DNA of 64,000 bases, taken from assembly GCA_046759165.1 (NCBI GenBank), contig JBHIBS010000001.1, positions 4,002 to 68,001 on the forward strand. Direction: 5' to 3'. Under the pieces are notes generated by a model. The model worked only from the letters and a program-made list of their open reading frames with translations, did not search any database and was not told where the DNA came from. The first letter of the stretch is position 1. Every line of letters begins with the position of its first letter. Positions 35,724 to 45,320 of the stretch are shown here, in pieces. The DNA comes from a bacterium (lineage in GTDB: Bacteria > UBA6262 > WVXT01). The position numbers were made by a program, and so were the translations under genes.

Positions 35724-36536
35724 TTAACCTGCGCTTAGCCCTTTTGACCTTCTAGCAGCCTCCTTCACGGCTGCAATCAAAATTTTCTGGAATCCTTCTT
35801 CCTCAAGATATTTCAACGCAGCTTCAGTTGTTCCGCCAGGTGATGTCACTTTTGCCCTTAAAACTTGAGGACTTTCCCCTATCTCCATAACCATTCTTGC
35901 TGCACCGAGGACCGTCTGACCAACCAGGTTTCTCGCATCCTCCTCCGACAAACCCATCTCCATTCCCGCCTCAATTAGGGATTCAATGATGTAGAATATA
36001 TACGCTGGACCGCTACCCGACAAGGCAGTTACTGCATCGAGCATCTCTTCAGGAACCTTAACCACAATTCCCACTCCACGCATCATCTGTTCTGCAATCG
36101 CCTCCTCCCCTTCACCTGCATATTTACCTGGGGAGACACCTGAGGCACCTGTCTTGACCAGAGCAGGAGTATTGGGCATCACTCTAACCACTGGAACTTC
36201 TCTGCCAAGAGTCTCCTCTATAAAGCCCGTAGTAATTCCAGCAGCGATGGAGATAATTACTTTATCTCTTGTCACGACATCCTTAATTTCAGAAAGAACC
36301 TTCCCGATTACCTGGGGCTTTACAGCCAAAACAATAACATCGCTCTTCTCCGCTGCTTCTCTGTTGTCCTTGGTAGTGGAGACTCCTTCCCTTTCACTGA
36401 TATGCTCAAGCCGCTTAGGTCTAATATCAGTAGCCAAAACTTTATCCCTACTAATGAGTCCGCTCCTCAGAACTCCGGAGATCAATGCGCTACCCATATT
36501 TCCACACCCAATGAAGGCTACCCTTTTCTCTCTCAA
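35724..36536 (-). CDS. proC: Pyrroline-5-carboxylate reductase
   Basis: Rossmann motif VAFIGCGNMGSAL and a ProC C-terminal dimerisation domain. The frame stays open to 36722 through a GA-rich tract. A TTG at 36536 gives a typical 270-aa ProC, so the start is uncertain. Confidence 0.85.
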   Translation of the reverse strand: MREKRVAFIGCGNMGSALISGVLRSGLISRDKVLATDIRPKRLEHISEREGVSTTKDNREAAEKSDVIVLAVKPQVIGKVLSEIKDVVTRDKVIISIAAGITTGFIEETLGREVPVVRVMPNTPALVKTGASGVSPGKYAGEGEEAIAEQMMRGVGIVVKVPEEMLDAVTALSGSGPAYIFYIIESLIEAGMEMGLSEEDARNLVGQTVLGAARMVMEIGESPQVLRAKVTSPGGTTEAALKYLEEEGFQKILIAAVKEAARRSKGLSAG

Positions 36537-36711
36537 TAAATCTCTTTTCTCCTCAGGAACCACACCGGATGAACTTTTCCTCCTTTCTCCTTTACGACGT
36601 TCAACAAAGGGAGGCCTTCCTCCGCCAGGACGGCGTCTTTCTCCCTTTCTCTTCTCTTCTCTCCGGAACTTTTGGCTATTTCGTTTCATAACTTTCCTTC
36701 TCACATTATTT

Positions 36712-37392
36712 TTATCGCCCAAAGATTGCCGTTCCTATCCGCACCATGTTTGAGCCTTCCTCAATAGCCACTTCAAAGTCATTACTCATACCCATCGAGA
36801 GGTATACCGTTTCCACATTCTTTATATTCTCAGCTCTTACTTCCTCCGTCAGCTCCCTCAGTTTTCTAAAGTAGGGTCTACAATCCTCCGGATTTTCATA
36901 AAGGGGTGCCATGGTCATCAGTCCTTCAACCTTTATGTTGGAAAGTCCACTAACTTCTTTCAGAAAAGTGATTACCTCTTCAGGCCTCAATCCATACTTC
37001 GATTCTTCGCCCGATACATTCACTTCAATTAATATTTTCTGTATCTTCCCGACTTTTCTGGCCTGCTTGTCAATCTCTTTCGCCAATTTAGCGCTGTCCA
37101 CGGAATGGATTAAATCAAAAATTTTGATGGCATCCTTTGCCTTGTTCCTCTGCAAGTGCCCTACCAAGTGCCAGATAACTCTATTGTCTACTTTTGCATA
37201 TTTTTCTTTTGCTTCCTGAACTCGGCTCTCACCAATAATATTTGCTCCCGAGGCTATTGCCTCTTCAATCCTATCCACCTCTACTGTTTTGGTCACTGCC
37301 ACCAGAGTTATCTCCTGAGGATCTCGACCGACCAATTGCGACTTCACTCGGATCTTCTCACCAATTTTTTCTAAATTTTCCTTTATCGACAT
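36712..37392 (-). CDS. yggS: YggS family pyridoxal-phosphate homeostasis protein
   Basis: Alr-N-like TIM barrel; VTKT and [12 protein letters not shown] motifs; 226 aa. Confidence 0.9.
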   Translation of the reverse strand: MSIKENLEKIGEKIRVKSQLVGRDPQEITLVAVTKTVEVDRIEEAIASGANIIGESRVQEAKEKYAKVDNRVIWHLVGHLQRNKAKDAIKIFDLIHSVDSAKLAKEIDKQARKVGKIQKILIEVNVSGEESKYGLRPEEVITFLKEVSGLSNIKVEGLMTMAPLYENPEDCRPYFRKLRELTEEVRAENIKNVETVYLSMGMSNDFEVAIEEGSNMVRIGTAIFGR

Positions 37393-37956
37393 ATTTTATC
37401 TATAATGTACTGCTCTCCAACGCTCCTTGGTTAATTCTGTAACCATTTTCAATTCCATTATGGTCGGCACTTTTGCCATTTGATTTTATTTTTCCTTTAT
37501 TTCTTCATTTGAGTAGCAAATTCCAGAACCAAAAAACTCATCAAGATTCGATACTTTTCCTTTTAAACAACAGAAGAACTACATTGTAGAATTGGTCTTT
37601 AATTTTTGAAAAAACCTGTTACCACAGCCGTTCTAGGGTCAAAAGACCTGCGGCCTATTGTTTGCCTCTCGGCAAAAAAAAGTTTTAGACGACTTATGCG
37701 TCTACCTTTAGTCGGGCGAAAGGGAAGTCTAAATCAAGAGTTAATGAAATCCTCGAAGAAACTGCTAGAGAATTTTCTAGAAGGAGAGAAGCTCCCCGGG
37801 AACTCAAACCGGCTGTCTCTAGAGAGAAACTCGTTGGAATAGTACTTGGCAAATTCTTAATTCTTACTTTAACAGGGATCCGTGCTAAAACCCTTATCGA
37901 TGCCCTTCTATCTGCTGAAGTTAAGAGGCTCTTGATTCTCTTCTCCTTTCCAGAAT

Positions 37957-38136
37957 TTAATGGTACTTGCTATTCGATTTTTGCTTCACCCAAGAATCTA
38001 TTTCTGACTTGTTGTAACGCCACTGTTTCCCAATTTTCGAGGCAGGAATTTTACCCTGTCTGGTCATTTTGTAAACTGTAACCTTACTCAACCTAAGATA
38101 ATCTGCTACTTCTTTTATAGTCATTAATCTTTGCAT
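37957..38136 (-). CDS. Excisionase-family helix-turn-helix DNA-binding protein (59 aa, not in ORF track)
   Basis: Hand translation MQRLMTIKEVADYLRLSKVTVYKMTRQGKIPASKIGKQWRYNKSEIDSWVKQKSNSKYH matches the Xis/AlpA/MerR-like HTH_17 pattern (TVKEVAEYLRVS.TVYRL...G.LPA.KIGRQWR). GGGGAG RBS 5 nt upstream. Confidence 0.75.
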   Translation of the reverse strand: MQRLMTIKEVADYLRLSKVTVYKMTRQGKIPASKIGKQWRYNKSEIDSWVKQKSNSKYH

Positions 38137-38170
38137 TATCTCCCCTTTCCATTCTTCTGGTCCTTTATTA

Positions 38171-38190
38171 TATCTTTTGATATCTTTTGA
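38171..38190 (-). promoter_or_regulatory. Tandem 10-bp direct repeat (TCAAAAGATA x2 in sense orientation) in the leader of the HTH gene; candidate operator
   Basis: Plus strand reads tatcttttga tatcttttga, lying between the predicted -10 and the RBS of the HTH gene. Confidence 0.4.
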
Positions 38191-38206
38191 CTTTTCGTAA
38201 TATTTA

Positions 38207-38235
38207 ATGATATATCATACCCAAAAAGAAGTCAA
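38207..38235 (-). promoter_or_regulatory. Candidate sigma70 promoter of the HTH gene (TTGACT-17-TATCAT)
   Basis: Minus-sense -35 TTGACT (38230-38235), 17-nt spacer, -10 TATCAT (38207-38212). The -35 overlaps the pgeF stop codon. Confidence 0.5.
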
Positions 38236-38990
38236 GAAAAATTTAGTTGAATTATTGCCATAAGGCGTCCGGCGGAGTCTTTATCTCGGCGATAAGAAAA
38301 GAAATTCTTATCTTCATAAGTACAAATGGGAGTTATTTCTATATTTTCCGGGAGAACCCCCGCTCGCTGCAACTGGTAAGAATTTGCCTTAGCCAAATCG
38401 ATGGACCAAGATTTTTCGTAGGAGGCTTGAGCCTTTGCTTGAAGGGATTCGGAAATTACCGAGGCTAAAACTTGTATTCCAAAGGACTCAAAGCACTCGG
38501 TGAAAGCTTTTGCTACTGGGTACCAAGAGACTCTATAACATTCTTTGCAAATATGCGGTCCAATGGCTACAAGAAGATTTTCTGCTTTTACTCCGAAAAC
38601 CTCCGACATCATCTCCACTGCTTTGGCGGAAATATTGGCAACTGTGCTTCGCCAACCCCCGTGCAGGAGACCCACTATTTTCCTTTGCGGGTCGAAAAGG
38701 AATATGGGTGGGCAATCTGCAACAAATATGGCAAGAGGAACATTGGGTAGGTCAGTAATAAGTCCGTCTGTAATTGGAATTTCTCTGCCCAAATCTTTCT
38801 CTCTAACTATAGCGATGCTATTCTTGTGTACTTGATCTCCAGTAGTGATTCGAGAATACGGTATGTTCAATCGGTAGGCTATCTGTCTTCTCTTTTCCGG
38901 GAATTTTGAATTGCCTGCATTGCGAGTTGTAATGCCAGCCAAAACGGGAAACCTGGAATTAAAGGAGATGGGAAGAAAGAAGTCTTCCAT
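38232..38990 (-). CDS. pgeF: Peptidoglycan editing factor PgeF (YfiH/YlmD laccase-domain protein)
   Basis: Conserved His/Cys (HGGW, HICKECY). Position next to ftsZ matches ylmD in Firmicutes dcw clusters. Confidence 0.85.
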   Translation of the reverse strand: MEDFFLPISFNSRFPVLAGITTRNAGNSKFPEKRRQIAYRLNIPYSRITTGDQVHKNSIAIVREKDLGREIPITDGLITDLPNVPLAIFVADCPPIFLFDPQRKIVGLLHGGWRSTVANISAKAVEMMSEVFGVKAENLLVAIGPHICKECYRVSWYPVAKAFTECFESFGIQVLASVISESLQAKAQASYEKSWSIDLAKANSYQLQRAGVLPENIEITPICTYEDKNFFSYRRDKDSAGRLMAIIQLNFS

Positions 38991-39115
38991 TTAGCCATTA
39001 AAATATGCACCCTGCACGATTTGAAATTGTACCTACAAATGTCACTGCCAGCGACCGAAAAGAGCGTGGTTCTGACTAGTCGAGACCTCACTTCGTTCGC
39101 AATGACAGTGCATAA

Positions 39116-40210
39116 TCAACCTTTCGCACCACTTCCCGAATCTATCCCACGAATATATAATAGAAGCTCTTCGGGATTACTGGCAGAAGCTAAGGCATCT
39201 TCCAGCTTAACCAGTCCCTTACTATACAATTTCTGTAATGCCTGATTGAAAGTTTGCATTCCGTAATAATCGCCCTTTTCCATACTGCCAAGAATTTCTC
39301 CCATCTTATTTTCTTCTATCAATTTCTTGACCAGCGCAGTAACAACCAGAACTTCCACTGCGGGTACTCTGCCCTTCCCATCAGCTTTGGGCAGAAGCCT
39401 CTGGGAAATCACTGCCTTCAAGGTATCAGCCAATTGCAGGCGAACTTGATTCTGTTGGTAAGGGGGAAAGAGGTCTACAATACGGGTTACGGTTTGAATT
39501 GCGTCGATCGTATGGACCGTGGATAATACAAGACTTCCCAGCTGGGCTGCAGTCAATGCTGCAGCCATTGTGGCTAAATCTCTCATTTCACCTACTAGGA
39601 TTACATTGGGATCCTGGCGGACAATATGTTTTAAGGCTGCAGGATAATCGAGTGTATCTTCACCTAACTCCCTTTGACTTACAATGCTCTTCTTATCTCG
39701 ATGAAGAAATTCAATAGGATCTTCGATTGTTATAGTATGAACCGAACGGGTGGAATTAATGTAGTCGACAATTGCAGCCAGCGTTGTAGATTTGCCACAG
39801 CCGGTCGGCCCTGTGACCAATACAAGTCCCCGCTCATTCTCTGAAATCTTCTTTAATACAGGGGGCAAATTTAACTCTTCAAAATCAGGGACTTCAAAAG
39901 GTACAGGGCGAAATACGACGTGGATAGTTCCTCTCTGGAGGAAAACATTGATCCTAAAACGGGCCAATCCCTCTATTGCATAAGACAGGTCGCACTCGTG
40001 ATTTTCCTTGAAAATCTGTTTCTGCTTCTCATTTAAAACGGATAGGCCAATCCGCTCAGTATCCCGGGAACTAAGCACAGGATATGAACTCCGCACGAGT
40101 CGTCCATCAATTCGAAAAATCGGCGGACTTCCGGCACGGAGATGCAAGTCCGAAACCTTCTTATCAACCATTTCGCGTAAAAGGTCAACAATTTCCATCT
40201 CAGCTCCCAA
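39116..40210 (-). CDS. pilT: Type IV pilus retraction ATPase PilT (twitching motility protein)
   Basis: PilT N-terminus (DLHL.AGSPP..RIDG), Walker A GPTGCGKSTT, Asp box, His box; 364 aa. Confidence 0.88.
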   Translation of the reverse strand: MGAEMEIVDLLREMVDKKVSDLHLRAGSPPIFRIDGRLVRSSYPVLSSRDTERIGLSVLNEKQKQIFKENHECDLSYAIEGLARFRINVFLQRGTIHVVFRPVPFEVPDFEELNLPPVLKKISENERGLVLVTGPTGCGKSTTLAAIVDYINSTRSVHTITIEDPIEFLHRDKKSIVSQRELGEDTLDYPAALKHIVRQDPNVILVGEMRDLATMAAALTAAQLGSLVLSTVHTIDAIQTVTRIVDLFPPYQQNQVRLQLADTLKAVISQRLLPKADGKGRVPAVEVLVVTALVKKLIEENKMGEILGSMEKGDYYGMQTFNQALQKLYSKGLVKLEDALASASNPEELLLYIRGIDSGSGAKG

Positions 40211-40222
40211 AAATCATCAGAG

Positions 40223-41326
40223 TTACCGGTACCCCTTCCTTCTCCGAATAAAAGTGGGCACTCGCAGGTTCTCCTTCAGATAGCCCGGCTCTCTCAGTGA
40301 CTCCTTCTTGTATTCCCATAAATCCCCTGCCAACTCTTCTTGTCTGAGTTTCTCTCCGAGAGAAGTTCGAGGTGGAGGAAAACCAGTAGCAATTACAGTA
40401 ATTTTCACCTCATCTTTGAGGATCTCATCGAATGCTTGGCCAAAAAAGACATTTGCTGCAGAGGAAGAAGCATTGTGAATTAAGTCCATTGCCTCCTTAA
40501 TTTCAAACATCGTAATATCTCTATTTCCGGTGATATTGACCAAAATACCTTTGGCGCCTGCAATAGAAACATCTTCTAACAAAGGGCAATTTATAGCTGC
40601 CTTAGCCGCCTTAATTGCTCTATCTTTCCCGCGTCCCCGTCCCATTCCCATTAACGCCTCTCCGGCACCAACCATAATCGTTTTCACATCAGCAAAATCA
40701 ACATTAATCATTCCATGTGATGTAATAATCTCTGAGATACTCTGTACTGCCTGACGCAGAACATCGTCAGCCACTTTAAAGGCATCCAGAGCCGGGGTAG
40801 TTTCATCAATAATGGCAAACAGTCTCTGGTTCGGGATAACGATCAAAGTATCGACCTTTTTCTTCATTATTTTCAATCCTTCCTCAGCCTGCTTAAAGCG
40901 AATGGGCCCTTCAAACATAAATGGCTTAGTAACCACTCCTACGGTCAGAGCCCCCAAATCTTTAGCTATCTCTGCGACAACTGGCGCGCCTCCTGTGCCG
41001 GTCCCCCCTCCCATACCCACGGTGATAAATACCATATCAGCACCTGCAAGGGTTTCCCTAATTGCATCCCGGTCTTCCTCGGCAGCCTGGCGACCTTTCT
41101 CAGGATCCCCTCCCACTCCCAAACCCTTGGTAAGATTGGCTCCCAATTGTAAGCGATATCCAGCCAGAGAATCACGAAGAGCTTGGGCATCGGTGTTTGC
41201 TGCAATAAACTCCACACCTTTTATCCCGGAGACAACCATGCGCTTGATTGCATTGCCTCCTCCGCCACCAATGCCTATAACTTTTATATTTGCAGTAAGG
41301 TCGACGTCCTGCTTGAACTTTAACAT
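40223..41326 (-). CDS. ftsZ: Cell division GTPase FtsZ
   Basis: GGGTGTG tubulin signature, T7 loop NVDFAD, C-terminal conserved peptide. Confidence 0.95.
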   Translation of the reverse strand: MLKFKQDVDLTANIKVIGIGGGGGNAIKRMVVSGIKGVEFIAANTDAQALRDSLAGYRLQLGANLTKGLGVGGDPEKGRQAAEEDRDAIRETLAGADMVFITVGMGGGTGTGGAPVVAEIAKDLGALTVGVVTKPFMFEGPIRFKQAEEGLKIMKKKVDTLIVIPNQRLFAIIDETTPALDAFKVADDVLRQAVQSISEIITSHGMINVDFADVKTIMVGAGEALMGMGRGRGKDRAIKAAKAAINCPLLEDVSIAGAKGILVNITGNRDITMFEIKEAMDLIHNASSSAANVFFGQAFDEILKDEVKITVIATGFPPPRTSLGEKLRQEELAGDLWEYKKESLREPGYLKENLRVPTFIRRRKGYR

Positions 41327-41404
41327 CCCACCTCCAATAAATCAGGGATAATCACGGATTAGAAGCCGCTAATTCAAACGAACATTCGTGCCCATTCGAC
41401 TTTC

Positions 41405-42634
41405 TTAAAAGACCTCTTCGAGCCAGTGTTTTATCTTGCGGAAGACAGAGGGTCTCTTTCTTCCTGTGAATCTCCTCTCATAAATAGGAAATTCATCTTT
41501 TTGGGCATATTTAATCAAGCCAATGGCTGTAGCATAGACTGGACTACAGATAACCTCTGAAAGTCCCTCCACCTTCTGGGGCACACCCAATCTCATAGGC
41601 AGGTCCAAAATCTCTTCAGTAATCTCTTTAACCCCTGATAGCAAAGCGCCGCCTCCTGTTAGAATCCCTCCAGCAGGTATTAAATTCTCCCTGCCTATTT
41701 TTGCCATCTCTTCGCGGACAAAAGTAAAGATTTCCTCTATCCGCGGCTGGATAATCTCGCAGAGTTTACTGGTCAGGATTGTCTGTCGGGATTTACCATC
41801 CATACTCAAGATATTTATTTCCACATTATCGGAAATCATCTTCATTTGGGTACAGCCAAATTCCTTCTTAATCCTTTCTGCTTCTGAGAGAGGGACATGA
41901 AGACAGTGAGCTATATCTTTTGTAATCACGTCACTTCCAATTGGAAGTGCTCTGGTGGCTTTGAGACCTCCTTCAACGAAGATGGCTAAATCCACAGTCT
42001 GTCCACCGAAATCGATAAGCACACATCCCAAATCTTTCTCCTCAGGGGTAACTACAGTTTCTGCTGCAGCTAATACGCTCAAGACTATGTTCTCTACTTC
42101 CAAGCCATTTCTATTAATACATTTGATAAGGTTGTTTATTGTGGTGGAGACTCCTGTTACAATGTGGACATGGACTCCCAGGTGACTGCCTTCCATTCCT
42201 ACGGGATCCATTACTCCCCTCTGACCATCAACCACGAAGCCCTGAGCGAGGGTATGGATGATTTCCCGCTCGGGAGATAACCGAATGGCCCGGGCTGAAT
42301 CGATGACTCTTAATATATCCTCTTCAGCGATCTCTTTATCAGAACGAGAAATCATAATTGCTCCCTGATGATTGAAACTTTCGATATGACCACCGTCAAT
42401 TCCTACGTAAACCGCTTTAATGGAAGTATTTGCCATTCCTTCTGCTTCATCTATAACTTGACCTATGGCGCGGGTGGTCTCCTCAATGTTAACCACTACA
42501 CCGTTCCGTAAACCACGACAGGGTATCCTAGCTGATCCTATTATTTCCACTTCTGGTTTCTGGGTAACTTTACCTACAAGAGCACAAACATTGCTTGAGC
42601 CTACATCAAGACCAATAATTATTTTCTGTTTCAT
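41405..42634 (-). CDS. ftsA: Cell division protein FtsA
   Basis: Actin-like ATPase; GLDVGSSNVCALVG N-terminus; follows ftsQ. Confidence 0.93.
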   Translation of the reverse strand: MKQKIIIGLDVGSSNVCALVGKVTQKPEVEIIGSARIPCRGLRNGVVVNIEETTRAIGQVIDEAEGMANTSIKAVYVGIDGGHIESFNHQGAIMISRSDKEIAEEDILRVIDSARAIRLSPEREIIHTLAQGFVVDGQRGVMDPVGMEGSHLGVHVHIVTGVSTTINNLIKCINRNGLEVENIVLSVLAAAETVVTPEEKDLGCVLIDFGGQTVDLAIFVEGGLKATRALPIGSDVITKDIAHCLHVPLSEAERIKKEFGCTQMKMISDNVEINILSMDGKSRQTILTSKLCEIIQPRIEEIFTFVREEMAKIGRENLIPAGGILTGGGALLSGVKEITEEILDLPMRLGVPQKVEGLSEVICSPVYATAIGLIKYAQKDEFPIYERRFTGRKRPSVFRKIKHWLEEVF

Positions 42635-42708
42635 TGTTTCAATGACCTTTTATTTTGCATCAATAGGTTTCTTTACAACCTCTCAAAGTCCGCGCTACAA
42701 AATACGTC

Positions 42709-43470
42709 TTAACCTACAATTATTTCTCCTTTCCCATCTCTTAGAAGTCGCAAGTCGATATAGTTAAAAGTTTTACTATTCTTTAGCAAATCCTTGAGGA
42801 CTAAATTTAAATAAGTCAACTTCTTCTCCACTTCGGTTTCTGTCTCTTTTCCCACAGGACCCCAGATAAGTGAGGCATGGTCAATTTTCAGTTTAATTTT
42901 TCTTGGATTGTTACCATCTATGTATGAAATTTTCTTATAAAACCGAAAGTCAACTACCATAACCTTAGCTAAGAAATTCACGACCTCTTTCCTGACGAGG
43001 GAATCTTTAGCTCCCAAAATTTTCGGTATCTTTCTTGCCTTCCCAAAAAACGTTATTCCCGTTTTGTCTATTAGCTTCACCTTATTAGAATGGACATTCT
43101 CTTCCCCCCCAAGCTGCGCAATGGGAACCCTCTCAGTAATTTTTAGGACTATCTTGTCAGGAAAATCGCGATGAATATCTATGTCCTTAATCTGCTCTAA
43201 ACTTCTTAACTCTTTTCTTGCCTGTCTTAATTTAACTTTGAATATATTCTCTCCTTTCTTTATGTCGAGTACCGAGAGAATATCTTTTCTATTAATATCG
43301 TGATTCCCTTCTATTCTTACCTCTTCTATTTTAAAATATGCAGAATGAATGAGGAAGTTGTAAATTTCATATCCTGAAAAAAGAAGCGTAACCAATAACA
43401 GAGTGAATTTCAAAACTCCAAAAAATCGTCTTCTCCATAAAATTCTTTTCCGCCACCTTCTGACTCTCAA
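42709..43470 (-). CDS. ftsQ: Cell division protein FtsQ/DivIB
   Basis: Basic N-terminus, single TM, POTRA domain (IEEVRIEGN); position between ddl and ftsA. Confidence 0.8.
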   Translation of the reverse strand: MRVRRWRKRILWRRRFFGVLKFTLLLVTLLFSGYEIYNFLIHSAYFKIEEVRIEGNHDINRKDILSVLDIKKGENIFKVKLRQARKELRSLEQIKDIDIHRDFPDKIVLKITERVPIAQLGGEENVHSNKVKLIDKTGITFFGKARKIPKILGAKDSLVRKEVVNFLAKVMVVDFRFYKKISYIDGNNPRKIKLKIDHASLIWGPVGKETETEVEKKLTYLNLVLKDLLKNSKTFNYIDLRLLRDGKGEIIVG

Positions 43471-43483
43471 TGCTCATCAACCC

Positions 43484-44422
43484 TCAATCTAAGGCATAGG
43501 ATAGAATTTCAACCACCAGTTGCTTAAAATCTATCCCTGCTACAGCTGCAGCTTCTGGCAGGAGACTAGTCTCAGTCATCCCGGGAATTGTGTTAACTTC
43601 TAAGAGATAAATTTTGCCTTCTCCATCCATTACCATATCTACACGAGTTGCGCCTCTACAACCCAAGGCAGAGTGAGCAGAAAGAGCCAGAGATTGGGCC
43701 AACTCGTACTGCTCCCGTTGTAATTTAGCGGGCACAATGTGCTTCGACATTCCCGGTTCATACTTTGCCTGATAGTCATAAAATGCCGTCTTTGATACAA
43801 TCTCTATTACGGGAAGAGGTTCATCTCCCAGAATTCCTACTGTAATTTCTCTTCCTTCAATGTATTCTTCAATTAATATCTTATTTCCATATCCAAAGGC
43901 AAGATTTATGGCACTATCCAGACCACTTCGCTCTCGAACTACAGTCACTCCAATAGTTGAACCTTCCCTGGCTGGCTTGACAACTACGGGGTAGTCCAGC
44001 TCTTTCAGTATATTACCAGCAGTTTTCATTCTTTTCTCAAGGACCTTGTATTTTGCCATGGGCAGGTTATGATAACTGAAGACCTCTTTGGTATAAACTT
44101 TATCCAAGGCCAGCGCACTGGCCAATACCCCAGAGCCTGTATAAGGAATACCCATTATCTCGAGAAGCCCTTGAATTGTTCCGTCTTCCCCGAGCTTCCC
44201 GTGGAGAGCAATGAAAGCCAAGTCTATCCTCTCTTTTGCCAGCCTTAAGGCTATCTCTCTATCCACATCGAGCTTCGATACATTTAACCCAAGGAAGACT
44301 AACGCTTTGTAAACAGCATCTCCTGTCCTAAGAGACACTTCCCTTTCTTGAGAACTTCCTCCACAAAGTACTCCTATCTTCTTCACCCTTAACTTACCGA
44401 GTATCTCTTTCATCCATTTCAC
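43484..44422 (-). CDS. ddl: D-alanine--D-alanine ligase
   Basis: ATP-grasp fold; GVLCGGSSQEREVSL N-terminus; E..V and GE.G..QG motifs. Confidence 0.92.
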   Translation of the reverse strand: MKWMKEILGKLRVKKIGVLCGGSSQEREVSLRTGDAVYKALVFLGLNVSKLDVDREIALRLAKERIDLAFIALHGKLGEDGTIQGLLEIMGIPYTGSGVLASALALDKVYTKEVFSYHNLPMAKYKVLEKRMKTAGNILKELDYPVVVKPAREGSTIGVTVVRERSGLDSAINLAFGYGNKILIEEYIEGREITVGILGDEPLPVIEIVSKTAFYDYQAKYEPGMSKHIVPAKLQREQYELAQSLALSAHSALGCRGATRVDMVMDGEGKIYLLEVNTIPGMTETSLLPEAAAVAGIDFKQLVVEILSYALD

Positions 44423-45320
44423 CCACCACTCTCAATTCCAATTCAAGATCTATATCGAATTTTTCCTTAATAGTTTCCCGAATTTTTTCGATTAAATTGT
44501 ACGCATCTTTAGCTTTTGCCCTGCCGCAGTTAATGATGAAATTTGCATGTTTTTTTGATACTTCAGCATCTCCAAATCTGGCTCCCTTTAGCCCTGCGGT
44601 TTCAATTAATTTTCCCGCCTCGCAATTTTCCGGATTCCTGAAAACGCAACCAGCATTAAGGGCAGAAATAGGTTGATTCCTTTTTCTCTCCTTAAGACTT
44701 TCTTTGATTTTATTTATAATATCACTTTTCTTGCCGTTTTTCAACCCTAGTTTCACCTCCAAAATTATGGCTTTATGGGGTAACTCACAATGCCTGTAAG
44801 AGAAACTTGTTTCTTCTCTCTTTAAAGTTTTCACCTTTCCATCACTGAAAATTTTTATCTCTCTCATAACATCGCCAACGGAACCCATTCTGGTGCCTGC
44901 ATTACTAACAATTGCGCCACCGAGACTTCCTGGAATTCCTGAGGCGAATTCTAAACCAGCCAAGCCTCTCTTAGCCAATTTTTCAACTAGTTTATTCAAT
45001 TTCACTCCGGCGCCGGCTGTTACCTCTTGACCTTTTATGAAAAACTTCTCAAACTCGCCTTTCAATTGAATTACCAAACCACCGAATCCCTCATCTGAAA
45101 AGAGCACATTGGTGCCCTCTCCTAAAATAAAGAAATCCAAGTTCTCTTTCCGGGAAAATTCAATTATATTAGTAAGCTCTTCAATGTTTCTCAATTCCAG
45201 AAAATAGCCCGCAGGACCGCCTATGCTGAGAGAAGTATGCCTGGAAAGGGGTTCGTCAACTCTCACTTTATTTACTACTCGTTTTTGCAATTCATTTAAT
45301 ATATCCATCGAACCCAACAC
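44394..45320 (-). CDS. murB: UDP-N-acetylenolpyruvoylglucosamine reductase MurB
   Basis: FAD-binding N-terminal domain (LGEGTNVL), catalytic SNAGT...GS region. Confidence 0.9.
   Translation of the reverse strand: MLGSMDILNELQKRVVNKVRVDEPLSRHTSLSIGGPAGYFLELRNIEELTNIIEFSRKENLDFFILGEGTNVLFSDEGFGGLVIQLKGEFEKFFIKGQEVTAGAGVKLNKLVEKLAKRGLAGLEFASGIPGSLGGAIVSNAGTRMGSVGDVMREIKIFSDGKVKTLKREETSFSYRHCELPHKAIILEVKLGLKNGKKSDIINKIKESLKERKRNQPISALNAGCVFRNPENCEAGKLIETAGLKGARFGDAEVSKKHANFIINCGRAKAKDAYNLIEKIRETIKEKFDIDLELELRVVGEMDERDTR

Noticed and set aside
36154-36753. 199-aa plus-strand ORF antisense to proC, and 40812-41351 (179 aa) antisense to ftsZ
   Set aside because: Pyrimidine-rich (antisense of purine-rich coding) or locally high-GC sequence lacks stop codons. 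Both are fully embedded in confident minus-strand genes.
37606-37842. 78-aa plus-strand ORF in the non-coding tract, the only sizeable plus-strand candidate in the window
   Set aside because: TTG start with no RBS and no recognisable domain. The region looks non-coding, and its alternative ATG start also lacks an RBS.
38232-38990. HTH excisionase-like gene plus adjacent genes as an integrated prophage or island
   Set aside because: No integrase, tRNA target, direct-repeat att sites or phage structural genes are present. Flanking genes are conserved division genes in canonical order, so at most this is a remnant.
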